Assembly: GCA_965116555.1 (NCBI GenBank)
Contig: OZ220698.1
Span: 984,709-1,048,708, forward strand
Source of the DNA: Dehalococcoidia bacterium
GTDB taxonomy: Bacteria; Chloroflexota; Dehalococcoidia; Lucifugimonadales; QGNO01
Direction: 5' to 3'
DNA: 64,000 nt
Shown here piece by piece: positions 36,089 to 44,346 of the stretch. The notes below the pieces were generated by a model. That model was not told the DNA's origin, searched no databases, and was given only the letters and a program-made list of their open reading frames with translations. The stretch's first letter is position 1, and every line of letters begins with the position of its first letter. A program made the position numbers and the translations under genes.

Positions 36089-36608
36089 ATGGTTAATGCC
36101 GCCTGAGCCGGTGAGCGCGACTAGTTGCGGTTCGTTGGAGTCGGAAATAGAGGGAGTCGAGATGATATTCCTGGGCAAGGCGCTCGGTTACAAGGTAGAG
36201 CCTCGACTTGATTGGCAAGGTCGCTTGACCTTGTTCGACGTGGAAACCGTCTGGAAGGGGCCTTTGGACCAGACGGTGCGCCTCTATAGCAGTGGCCAAG
36301 GGTCTGGCTTTGAACCGGGAAAGGAATACCTCGTCTTCGCGGATGAACATGAGGGCGCGTTATGGACAGGGTTTTGCTCATCCGCTGCTGTAGTAGAGGG
36401 AAAGGAAGACAAGAAATACTGGTATTACTGGCTTGAGTTCTGGGGGCTTGGTGAGGGGGAATCGCCGCCGCCTAGTTTGAAAGGCAGAGTCTTGAACGTG
36501 GTGTTTGCCCTCTCCGTCTCCGGGCTGGTCGGTATGGCCTGGCTGGCCTGGCGGACGCGAAATCTCTCGCCAAATAAAGTACGTCCCGATAGATCAGCGC
36601 GCAGCTAG
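36027..36608 (+). CDS. Membrane-anchored secreted protein, TIMP/NTR-like candidate (paralogue 2)
   Basis: The first 21 aa match paralogue 1, encoded within the 100 bp of identical DNA. The mature part is divergent: SCGSLE..MIFLGKALG..VETVWKGPLD..FEPGKEYLVFADE..FCSS..GLGEGESPPP, then a TM. The last codons and the stop come from a duplicated gltA 3' end. Confidence 0.6.
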   Translation: MLSKFTSTTIRLVLITPLIGVWLMPPEPVSATSCGSLESEIEGVEMIFLGKALGYKVEPRLDWQGRLTLFDVETVWKGPLDQTVRLYSSGQGSGFEPGKEYLVFADEHEGALWTGFCSSAAVVEGKEDKKYWYYWLEFWGLGEGESPPPSLKGRVLNVVFALSVSGLVGMAWLAWRTRNLSPNKVRPDRSARS

Positions 36609-36632
36609 GGCGCTTTTAAGGGGCTTGTAAGA

Positions 36633-36752
36633 GGCCGGAGGGTCTTACAACACACGGAAGTTCCTTTCAAACGCTGTCAGGGCGCGTGTTAAAAGGTCGG
36701 AAGGTCATACAACACACGGAAGTCCTTTCAAACGCTGTCAGAGCGCGTGTTA
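36633..36752. repeat. Tandem duplication (2 x about 62 bp) of a hairpin-containing element
   Basis: ggccggagggtcttacaacacacggaagttcctttcaaacgctgtcagggcgcgtgtta versus ggtcggaaggtcatacaacacacggaagtcctttcaaacgctgtcagagcgcgtgtta. Each copy holds aacacacg...cgcgtgtt arms. Confidence 0.8.
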
Positions 36753-36918
36753 TAAAAGGGGAATAAAGTTCTCGCAGGTCATTCGGAGCGCTCTATAGCA
36801 AAAACATAGGGAGTCCTACATTATGTAAAGTAAGTAAATCGCCCATTCCTCTTCTTTACATAACTAGTATAGGACGAACGTTTTCCAGCCTAGAGCCAGG
36901 CCCTTCTCCCCCCAACCC

Positions 36919-37959
36919 CTATCCAACCGGCATCACCATTACCTGAGTCAAAAGATGATCGACGCGCGCCAGCAGTTCGTCCAGTCCCTGCCGGGTTACC
37001 GCGGAAACCATTGTCCCTTCCCCGTCGTCGTCTTCGTTGTTGAGCAACTCCGAATCGTCCGGTAAAAGATCCAACTTGTTGTACACAAGCAACCCCGGCT
37101 TTTCTCCCAAGCCAAGGTCGCTCAGTATCTCCTCCACTACCGCTATGTGCTGGCTCCTGTTCTTATGGGTCACGTCGACAACGTGGAGCAGTATGTCCGC
37201 ATCGTGCAGCTCCTCCAGCGTCGCGTGAAATGCAGCCACAACCGTGGGCGGCAGCTTGTGTATGAAGCCCACGGTATCGGACATGAGGACGTTCTGACCG
37301 CTGGGAAGGCGCACTCGCCTTGTTACCGGGTCCAGAGTGGCAAAGAGAGCGCTGGACTCCATGACCCCTGCCGTGGTTAAAGCATTGAACAGCGTGCTCT
37401 TGCCAGCATTCGTGTAGCCTACCAGCGCCGCCACCGGAATATCCTGCGACCTCCGCCGCTTCCTGTGAAGAGCCCGCTGGCTGCGTACCTTCTCCAAGTC
37501 GGCCTTCAGGTGCTGTATTCTGCGGTTGATGAGCCGTCTATCGGTCTCTATCTGCGTTTCACCGGGGCCCCGTGTGCCTATCCCACCACCTAGACGCTCC
37601 AAGTGCGACCATTGCCCCGCCAAACGCGGCAACAGGTATTCGTGTTGTGCCAGCTCAACCTGAAGACGCCCCTCTTTGGTCCTGGCGCGGCTGGCGAATA
37701 TGTCCAGGATCAGCGCGGTACGGTCTATGACCTTGATGTTCTCGCCAAAGGCGCTTTCCAGGTTGCGCTGCTGCGTCGGGGTAAGCTCATCGTCCAGGAT
37801 CAGCGTGTCGAAGGCCCCGCGGATGACCCGCAGCTCCTCTATCTTGCCCTTCCCCAGATAGGTGTGCCCAGGCTTGTCCAGGTTCTGCGCGACCGTGCCC
37901 ACCACCTCCGCTCCGGCGGAACGAGCCAGCTGCGCCAGCTCAGACAGGGAATCCTGCAA
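36919..37959 (-). CDS. hflX: GTPase HflX (the coding region probably extends upstream to 38055)
   Basis: HflX N-domain, then G-domain GYTNAGKST, DTVGF and NKLD. The TTG 37959 start removes the conserved first strand; the frame stays open to the codon after the dapL stop. Confidence 0.85.
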   Translation of the reverse strand: MQDSLSELAQLARSAGAEVVGTVAQNLDKPGHTYLGKGKIEELRVIRGAFDTLILDDELTPTQQRNLESAFGENIKVIDRTALILDIFASRARTKEGRLQVELAQHEYLLPRLAGQWSHLERLGGGIGTRGPGETQIETDRRLINRRIQHLKADLEKVRSQRALHRKRRRSQDIPVAALVGYTNAGKSTLFNALTTAGVMESSALFATLDPVTRRVRLPSGQNVLMSDTVGFIHKLPPTVVAAFHATLEELHDADILLHVVDVTHKNRSQHIAVVEEILSDLGLGEKPGLLVYNKLDLLPDDSELLNNEDDDGEGTMVSAVTRQGLDELLARVDHLLTQVMVMPVG

Positions 37960-38055
37960 CGACCACGAGAACTTGGTGCGCTTGATCTGGATACCGGCCA
38001 GATAGGCCCTTTCCCTTTGTTTGGCAGTGGAAAAAGTGGCTCTGGGTATGCTCAG

Positions 38056-39240
38056 CTACCTCTCAGGCTTTGTTGGGATTTTCCAGCCTTCCAAGCGCTG
38101 GACTGCTTTGGCCAAATGCTCATCCGGCAGAGTGAGCGAAAGACGAATGTACCCTTCCCCGTACTCACCGTACCCCGACCCCGGCGTAACCACTATGTCC
38201 TTCTCTTCCAGAAGCATGCCTGCAAATTCAGCGGAGGTGTAGCCTTCCGGAACCCTGGCCCACACGTACAGGCTGGCCCTTGGCGGCGTGATCTCCATGC
38301 CTATGCCTCGCAAAGCGTCCACCAACTTGTCGCGGCGGCGCTGGTAGATGGCATTGTTCTCAGAAATGCACTCCTGGGACGCCTGGAGCGCCTCTATACC
38401 CGCTATCTGGATGGCCTGCGGAATCCCAGAGTCAAGATTGGACTTGACTCGCATCAGCGCATTGATCATCTCGGCGTTGCCCGCCGCCATCCCTATTCTC
38501 CAGCCGGTCATGTTGTAGCTCTTGGAAAGCGAGTGGAACTCCACGGCAACGTCCATAGCGCCTTTGGCCTGCAGGAAACTGGGAGGCACGTAGCCGTCGT
38601 AGCCCACCTCCGTGTACGGACCGTCGTGGCAGACCGCGATATCGTATGTCTTCGCGAAGTCCACAACCCTCTCGAAGTATTCGATGTCCGCCGTGGCCGA
38701 CGTGGGGTTGTTGGGATAGTTCAGCCACATGACCTTGGCTTTTTTAGCAACCTGCTCAGGAATGGCATCCAGATCAGGCAGCCAGCCGTTCTCTTCCAAC
38801 AGAGGCATGAAATAGGACTCGCCACCGGCAAACATGGTGCCCACGGAATAGACCGGGTAGCCCGGATCCGGCACCAGGGCCACGTCGCCTGGGTCAATGA
38901 AGCAGAGAGCCATGTGGCCGATACCCTCTTTGGCGCCGATAAGCGGCAGCACCTCCTTGTCGGAGTCCAGGGCTATGCCGAACCGCTGGCCGTACCAATC
39001 AGCGACGGCGCGGCGGAACTGGGGCAGCCCGTCCGACTCAGGATATCGATGGTTTGGCGGGTCCTGCGCAGCCTCCAAAAGCTTGTCCATAATGTGCGGG
39101 GGCGTGGGAATGTCCGGATCCCCTATGGCAAAGGTAATGACGTCTATTCCTGCCGCCCTCTTCTGGTTTATCTTTCTGCTGATCTCCACAAAAAGGTACG
39201 GCTGCAATTTGTCTATGCGCTCAGCGAACTTCATTGGCAC
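38056..39240 (-). CDS. dapL: LL-diaminopimelate aminotransferase (DapL-type class I aminotransferase)
   Basis: MKFAERIDKLQPYLFVEISRKI..GIDVITFAIGDPDIPTP and the PLP-lysine region SLSKSYNMTGWRIG. Adjacent to dapF. Confidence 0.75.
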   Translation of the reverse strand: MPMKFAERIDKLQPYLFVEISRKINQKRAAGIDVITFAIGDPDIPTPPHIMDKLLEAAQDPPNHRYPESDGLPQFRRAVADWYGQRFGIALDSDKEVLPLIGAKEGIGHMALCFIDPGDVALVPDPGYPVYSVGTMFAGGESYFMPLLEENGWLPDLDAIPEQVAKKAKVMWLNYPNNPTSATADIEYFERVVDFAKTYDIAVCHDGPYTEVGYDGYVPPSFLQAKGAMDVAVEFHSLSKSYNMTGWRIGMAAGNAEMINALMRVKSNLDSGIPQAIQIAGIEALQASQECISENNAIYQRRRDKLVDALRGIGMEITPPRASLYVWARVPEGYTSAEFAGMLLEEKDIVVTPGSGYGEYGEGYIRLSLTLPDEHLAKAVQRLEGWKIPTKPER

Positions 39241-39270
39241 TCCCTCTTGCGTTTTGGCTAGAACTCAATC

Positions 39271-40173
39271 CTATAAGGGCCACTCGCCCTCGAAGACCTG
39301 CACAATGGGACCCTCCATGTACACAGGGCCCCGTCCTTCCCACGTAATGATCAACTCGCCGCCTGGCATCTCCAAGCTGACCTGATCGTCGGTGAGACGG
39401 AGCAATCGAGCCGCCGCCTGAATGGCGCATGCGCCGGTGCCGCAGGCCAAGGTAAGGCCCGCGCCCCGCTCCCATGTCCTGGCTTTGATACGGCCCCTAT
39501 CCTCCACGTTGACCACGTGGAAGTTGACTCGCCTGGGGAAGATGGGGTGATGTTCCATAAGGGGCCCCAGCCTGTCCAACTCGACATCGTCTACGGGCCG
39601 GTCTATAAAGGCGACGGCGTGGGGGTTGCCCATGGACACACACGTGATTTCAAAGGTCTCGCCCGCCAGCTCTACGGCGTACTCCACAACTAGCTGCTCA
39701 GGCACGATTCCATTAGTTATGTCAAGTAACTCCACGTCGATTTGTCGTCCATTCTCCCCTGCCGGTAGCTGCACAGGTATCTCCGGCGCGTTGAATCGCG
39801 GCTCACCCATGGCGACCCGCGCCCTGCCTATCCGGCCGTTCTCATCGTAGAACGGCAGTATGTCCAGCAGGCCGTTGTTCGTTTCCACGTGAAGAGGGCT
39901 ACCATTGAGCGAAACCATGTCGCGTTCCAGCACGTATTTGGCAAAGCATCTGATGCCGTTGCCGCACATCTCGGCCTGGGAACCGTCCGGGTTGAACATG
40001 CGCATCCTAACGTCCCCTACCGTCGAAGGTTCCAGCAGCAACAGGCCGTCAGCGCCAACACCATAGTGGCGGTCGCACATCTCCACAGCCAGGGTGGACC
40101 AGTCCTTATCCTGATTGCGTGCGTCCAGGACAACGTAGTCGTTGCCCGCGCCGTGCATTTTAGTGAATCTCAT
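39271..40173 (-). CDS. dapF: Diaminopimelate epimerase
   Basis: MRFTKMHGAGNDYVVLD, with catalytic Cys contexts EMCGNGIRC and LACGTGACA. Confidence 0.9.
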   Translation of the reverse strand: MRFTKMHGAGNDYVVLDARNQDKDWSTLAVEMCDRHYGVGADGLLLLEPSTVGDVRMRMFNPDGSQAEMCGNGIRCFAKYVLERDMVSLNGSPLHVETNNGLLDILPFYDENGRIGRARVAMGEPRFNAPEIPVQLPAGENGRQIDVELLDITNGIVPEQLVVEYAVELAGETFEITCVSMGNPHAVAFIDRPVDDVELDRLGPLMEHHPIFPRRVNFHVVNVEDRGRIKARTWERGAGLTLACGTGACAIQAAARLLRLTDDQVSLEMPGGELIITWEGRGPVYMEGPIVQVFEGEWPL

Positions 40174-40188
40174 GGCAATGGCATTCTA

Positions 40189-41106
40189 TCATAAGAAACC
40201 GGTCATCAAGCCGTAGGCCTCTCTTACCGTGTTCTCGTTTGATTGCAGCCAGCGGATCCGAGAGTCTGAAAGGCGGAACCAGGCAGACTGACGCCGGGCA
40301 AACTGGCGCGTGTGGCTTTTTATGTTTTGGACAGCGTCCTCCAGGCTTGTTTCTCCTTGCAAAAAGGCCGCCAGCTCCCTGTAACCCACGCTGCTCATGG
40401 ACGGTCGCTCCGCCGTCACGCCGCGCTCCAGCAAACGGCGGACCTCATCCAGCCATCCCGCCTCCATCATCCTGTCCACGCGCTGATCAATGCGCCGGTA
40501 CAGCTCGTCCCTGGGTAGAGTAAGCCCGATTACAAGCGACCTGTAGCGGCCTTCGCCGCGGCTGCGCATCTTGGAGAACGGGATTCCCGTCTGATGATGC
40601 ACCTCCAAGGCGCGGATGACCCTACGCAGGTTGCGCGGGTCGATAGCGGCCGCCGACTCAGGGTCCAACTCTTTGAGCCTGTCGTAAAGAGCTTCGTATC
40701 CTTGCTCAGCAGCCAGCGCCTCCATGTCCTCTCTGAATCTTCTATCCGGGGCTACGGACGGCACTCGCCAATCCTCAAGCAGCGCCCACAAATACTGGCC
40801 CGTACCGCCGACCAGAAGGGGTAACCGTCCTCTATTCCGGATGTCCTGGATGGCGAAATGCGCGCGTTCCAGGTAGGCCGCTAAGCTGAAATCATCGGCA
40901 GGTTCTGCAATGTCAATCAGGTGGTGCGGCGCCCGGGACTGCTCCTCCAAGGTCGGTTTGGCGGTGCCTATGTTCATCTGCCTGTAGACCTGGCGGCTGT
41001 CCACGCTGACTATCTCAGCGGGCAAAAGCTTGGCGATCTCCAGGCTAAGAGCCGTCTTGCCTACGGCAGTGGGGCCAACTATGGCGACTACGGAGGGTAT
41101 GCGCAT
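40189..41106 (-). CDS. miaA: tRNA dimethylallyltransferase MiaA
   Basis: P-loop IVGPTAVGKTALS, then VSVDSRQVYRQMNIGTAKP and LVGGTGQY. Confidence 0.9.
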   Translation of the reverse strand: MRIPSVVAIVGPTAVGKTALSLEIAKLLPAEIVSVDSRQVYRQMNIGTAKPTLEEQSRAPHHLIDIAEPADDFSLAAYLERAHFAIQDIRNRGRLPLLVGGTGQYLWALLEDWRVPSVAPDRRFREDMEALAAEQGYEALYDRLKELDPESAAAIDPRNLRRVIRALEVHHQTGIPFSKMRSRGEGRYRSLVIGLTLPRDELYRRIDQRVDRMMEAGWLDEVRRLLERGVTAERPSMSSVGYRELAAFLQGETSLEDAVQNIKSHTRQFARRQSAWFRLSDSRIRWLQSNENTVREAYGLMTGFL

Positions 41107-41133
41107 CTTAGGCAGTGCCGCGCTTCAATGAGG

Positions 41134-41889
41134 CTAACGCTCTTGCGCAGTGGAACGCGCAATCTCAACGAACTGGTCAGAACTCAGGCTGGCGCCGCCC
41201 ACAAGCGCGCCATCTATATCCCGCTGAGACACGAATTCTTCGATATTGTCCGGACTCACGCTGCCTCCGTACAGGACGGGTATCCTCTCCGCTGAGCCAT
41301 CCCCGAACAAACCCGCAAGCTGGCGGCGGATCAACCGGCACATCTCTTGAGCCTGCTCTCCCGTAGCCGCTTCGCCGGTGCCTATAGCCCAGATCGGTTC
41401 GTAGGCTACTACAATCCTGTTGGGGGACTCTATGCCGACCAGCGATCCGGCAAGGCTGCGCGACACCACTTCCTGCGCCCTACCCTCTTTTCGATCTTCT
41501 AAACCCTCTCCCACACAGATGATGGGTCTGATGTCATATGAAAGCGCTTTATTGGCCTTGCGGTTCACCAAATCGTCCGTTTCTCCAAAGTCGCGTCTTC
41601 GTTCCGAATGTCCCAGAATAACGTATCTACAGATGCCCTGGAGCATGAGCGGCGAGATCTCTCCCGTGAATGCGCCCTTGTCTTCATGATGCATGTTCTG
41701 AGCGCCAACCCTGATGTTGGACCCCTTCACCACGCTTGCGACCTCTGCCAGAGAAACAAAGGGGGGGCAGAGCACAACTTCCACGCCGGTGATGTCTTCC
41801 AGGTGGTTCCTGATGGCCGCGGCAAGAAAGCCCGCCTGATGGATGGTTGTGCTCATTTTCCAGTTGCCCGCTAAGAACGGTCTGCCCAA
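41134..41889 (-). CDS. tpiA: Triosephosphate isomerase
   Basis: FLAGNWKM, ILGHSERR, AYEPIWAIGTG and YGGSV. Confidence 0.95.
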   Translation of the reverse strand: MGRPFLAGNWKMSTTIHQAGFLAAAIRNHLEDITGVEVVLCPPFVSLAEVASVVKGSNIRVGAQNMHHEDKGAFTGEISPLMLQGICRYVILGHSERRRDFGETDDLVNRKANKALSYDIRPIICVGEGLEDRKEGRAQEVVSRSLAGSLVGIESPNRIVVAYEPIWAIGTGEAATGEQAQEMCRLIRRQLAGLFGDGSAERIPVLYGGSVSPDNIEEFVSQRDIDGALVGGASLSSDQFVEIARSTAQER

Positions 41890-41919
41890 GAGATCCCTCC
41901 TTGACTCAAATGGGTCGGG

Positions 41920-43125
41920 CTATGGCCCGTATTTGGCTAGCTTTCCGGCGTGAGACAGCGCCTGCAGCATCAGATATTCCGCCTGGAACGTGCCCAGAGA
42001 ACCGCGAGCACAAGCGCGCTCGTTGAATGCTTCTACTCCGTCGCCCAGTGTATACCTTGAGCGGACCAACACCGGCACAGGATGCCAGCTATGGGCCGCC
42101 AGAACAGCCGGAGTAGAATGGTCTCCTGCCACCACCAGTACGTCGGGGTTCAAATCAAGGATGCGCGGGATGCATGCATCCAGTTCCTCTAGCGTCCTCA
42201 CCTTGGCCTCAAAGTCGCCGTCCTCTCCGGCGGCATCGGCCGGCTTGTAGTGCAAGTAGAAGAAGTCATGGTCTTCGTAGTGCTCGCCCAGTGCATCCAG
42301 TTCGTCTTCAAAGGACTGGCCCGTCTGAATTACCTTCATGCCAACCACGCGGGATAATCCGCGGTACATGGGGTAAGCAGCTACTGCCGCAGGATTGAGC
42401 TTGTATGACTCACCCATGGCAGGAAAGGACGGCAGCTGAGAGAAGCCGCGCAACAGCACCATGTTTGCCCGCGACTGTTCAGCCAGCTTATCCCTCACCT
42501 GATGTATGAAAGCGTTGGCCGCAGACGCCGTCTTCTCTCCACCGGAGGCCAGCGCTTCCACTTCAAGGGGTTCCACGCCTATGCGCTGAGGATCCGTCTC
42601 ACCGACACCATCGCTGAGACCGGCGCCCTTCATTAACAGGACAAACCTGTAATCTTTGACAGGCAGCACCGACAACTGCACGCCCGGCACTTCAATCGTG
42701 TCCAAGATTTCGACCAGCGGAAAGCTCTCCTCGGACGGAATGCGCCCTGCCCTGCGGTCGGTAAGCAACCCGCAGCCATCCACGGTGCAGAAGTTGCCCC
42801 TGGCGGCGACGTCGCCATCGCTCAAGGGGGCGTCTATGCCTAGAGCTTCAAGCACGCCGCGGCCAATGAAGTAATTGAGCGGGTTGTATCCGAACAGAGC
42901 CAGATGGCCCGGGCCGCTGCCCGGAGCCACGCCAGGCAGGACAGGAATTGTCATACCGCCTGACGACTCCCTGGCCAACCGGTCCAGATTGGGCAGAGCG
43001 GCTGTCTCGAGCTCTGAAAGCCCCGTGTCAGGATGCGGCGTTCCGCCAAGGCCGTCTACGACAAGCATGATTATCTTGGAGGAAGTCGAATCAACCATGT
43101 CGGCAAGGGCCGGAAAGTCTATCAT
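41920..43125 (-). CDS. apgM: Cofactor-independent phosphoglycerate mutase, archaeal type (ApgM)
   Basis: 401 aa. Alkaline-phosphatase-superfamily motifs IIMLVVDGLGG and VAGDHSTP. Located between pgk and tpiA. Confidence 0.8.
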   Translation of the reverse strand: MIDFPALADMVDSTSSKIIMLVVDGLGGTPHPDTGLSELETAALPNLDRLARESSGGMTIPVLPGVAPGSGPGHLALFGYNPLNYFIGRGVLEALGIDAPLSDGDVAARGNFCTVDGCGLLTDRRAGRIPSEESFPLVEILDTIEVPGVQLSVLPVKDYRFVLLMKGAGLSDGVGETDPQRIGVEPLEVEALASGGEKTASAANAFIHQVRDKLAEQSRANMVLLRGFSQLPSFPAMGESYKLNPAAVAAYPMYRGLSRVVGMKVIQTGQSFEDELDALGEHYEDHDFFYLHYKPADAAGEDGDFEAKVRTLEELDACIPRILDLNPDVLVVAGDHSTPAVLAAHSWHPVPVLVRSRYTLGDGVEAFNERACARGSLGTFQAEYLMLQALSHAGKLAKYGP

Positions 43126-44322
43126 TTAGTCGTCCTCATCCGGCAAAACGGCCACTCCAGGCAGCTCTTTGCCTTCCATCAGCTCCAATGACGCGCCACC
43201 TCCCGTGGAAACGTGGCTAACCCGGGAAGCAAGGCCAAGCGCCGAAACAGCACCGGCGGTTGAACCTCCCCCCAGAACGGTGGTCGCGTTTTCCAGGTTC
43301 GCAATAGCCTCGGCCATGGCCCTGGTGCCATTGCTGAACGCTTCCCATTCGAAGACGCCCAAGGGGCCGTTCCAAATCACGGTCAAGCAGCCGTTCAAGC
43401 CCTGTTTGAACGATTCAACGGTGTCGGGGCCTATATCCATGATGTAGCTATTGGCCGGCACCCGGTCGAATGGCACGATTTTGGTGGAAGCGTGCTCATC
43501 GAAGGCGTCAGCAGTCACAAAGTCCAACGGCAGGAATACCTGGGCCTTCTGCTTTTCCGCGCTGCTCAGAATATCCAAGGTGGTCTGGAAGCTGTCCGCC
43601 TCCACTGGTGAACAGCCGGTTTCGTAACCCTGAGCGCCAAGGAACGTAGCGGCCATGCCGCCGCCAACAAACAACCGATCCACGCGGCTCACCATGTTCT
43701 GCAACACGGCTATCTTATCGCTGACTTTAGCGCCTCCCATAACCGCGGCAAGAGGTCTCAGCGGGTTGTCAAGAGCTTCGCCAAGCATTTCCAGCTCACG
43801 AGCCATCTGGAGACCCGCTGCAGCGGGCAGGAACTGCGTCACGGCGTGAATGGAGGCGTGGGCGCGGTGCGCAGCGCCAAACGCGTCGTCCACGTAAACG
43901 TCGGCCAGCGAAGCGAGCGACCTGGCAAAGTCAGGGTCGTTCTTCTCCTCACCCGCTTGGAAGCGCAGGTTTTCCAGCAAGAGCACATCGCCCGGTTTCA
44001 GCTCACTAGCAGCCTGTTCCACTTCAGGGCCTATGCAGTCTTTAACGTACTTCACGGGCCTGCCCAAGAGCTGCGTCAAGCGGTCCGCCACCGGAGCCAG
44101 ACGCATCTCTTCCACCACCTGTCCCTTGGGCCGTCCCAAATGGGAGCAGAGAACGATGCTTGCGCCGTGTTCCTTCAGATAATCGATCGTGGGAAGCGTA
44201 GCCTTGATTCTGCCGTCGTCCGCAATCTGTGTTGTGCCTGGGACAAAGGTAACGTTGAGGTCGGCGCGCAGCAGAACGCGCTTGCCGGATACGTCCAGGT
44301 GTCGCACCGTCTTCTTAGGCAC
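43126..44322 (-). CDS. pgk: Phosphoglycerate kinase
   Basis: RADLNVT, SHLGRPKG, the VLLLENLRF context and GGGASLE. Confidence 0.95.
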   Translation of the reverse strand: MPKKTVRHLDVSGKRVLLRADLNVTFVPGTTQIADDGRIKATLPTIDYLKEHGASIVLCSHLGRPKGQVVEEMRLAPVADRLTQLLGRPVKYVKDCIGPEVEQAASELKPGDVLLLENLRFQAGEEKNDPDFARSLASLADVYVDDAFGAAHRAHASIHAVTQFLPAAAGLQMARELEMLGEALDNPLRPLAAVMGGAKVSDKIAVLQNMVSRVDRLFVGGGMAATFLGAQGYETGCSPVEADSFQTTLDILSSAEKQKAQVFLPLDFVTADAFDEHASTKIVPFDRVPANSYIMDIGPDTVESFKQGLNGCLTVIWNGPLGVFEWEAFSNGTRAMAEAIANLENATTVLGGGSTAGAVSALGLASRVSHVSTGGGASLELMEGKELPGVAVLPDEDD

Positions 44323-44346
44323 GGCTTATCTCCATAATCCGTTTCA

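Noticed and set aside
36633-36752. Possible CRISPR array (also considered for the REP copies at 30326..30543)
   Set aside because: Only two directly abutting copies with no spacers here. The REP copies have non-uniform spacing and internal palindromes, and there are no cas genes in the window.
37603-39261. 552-aa ORF on the plus strand
   Set aside because: Antisense to hflX and dapL, both of which have clear family motifs. Arg/Gly/Val-rich low-information translation.
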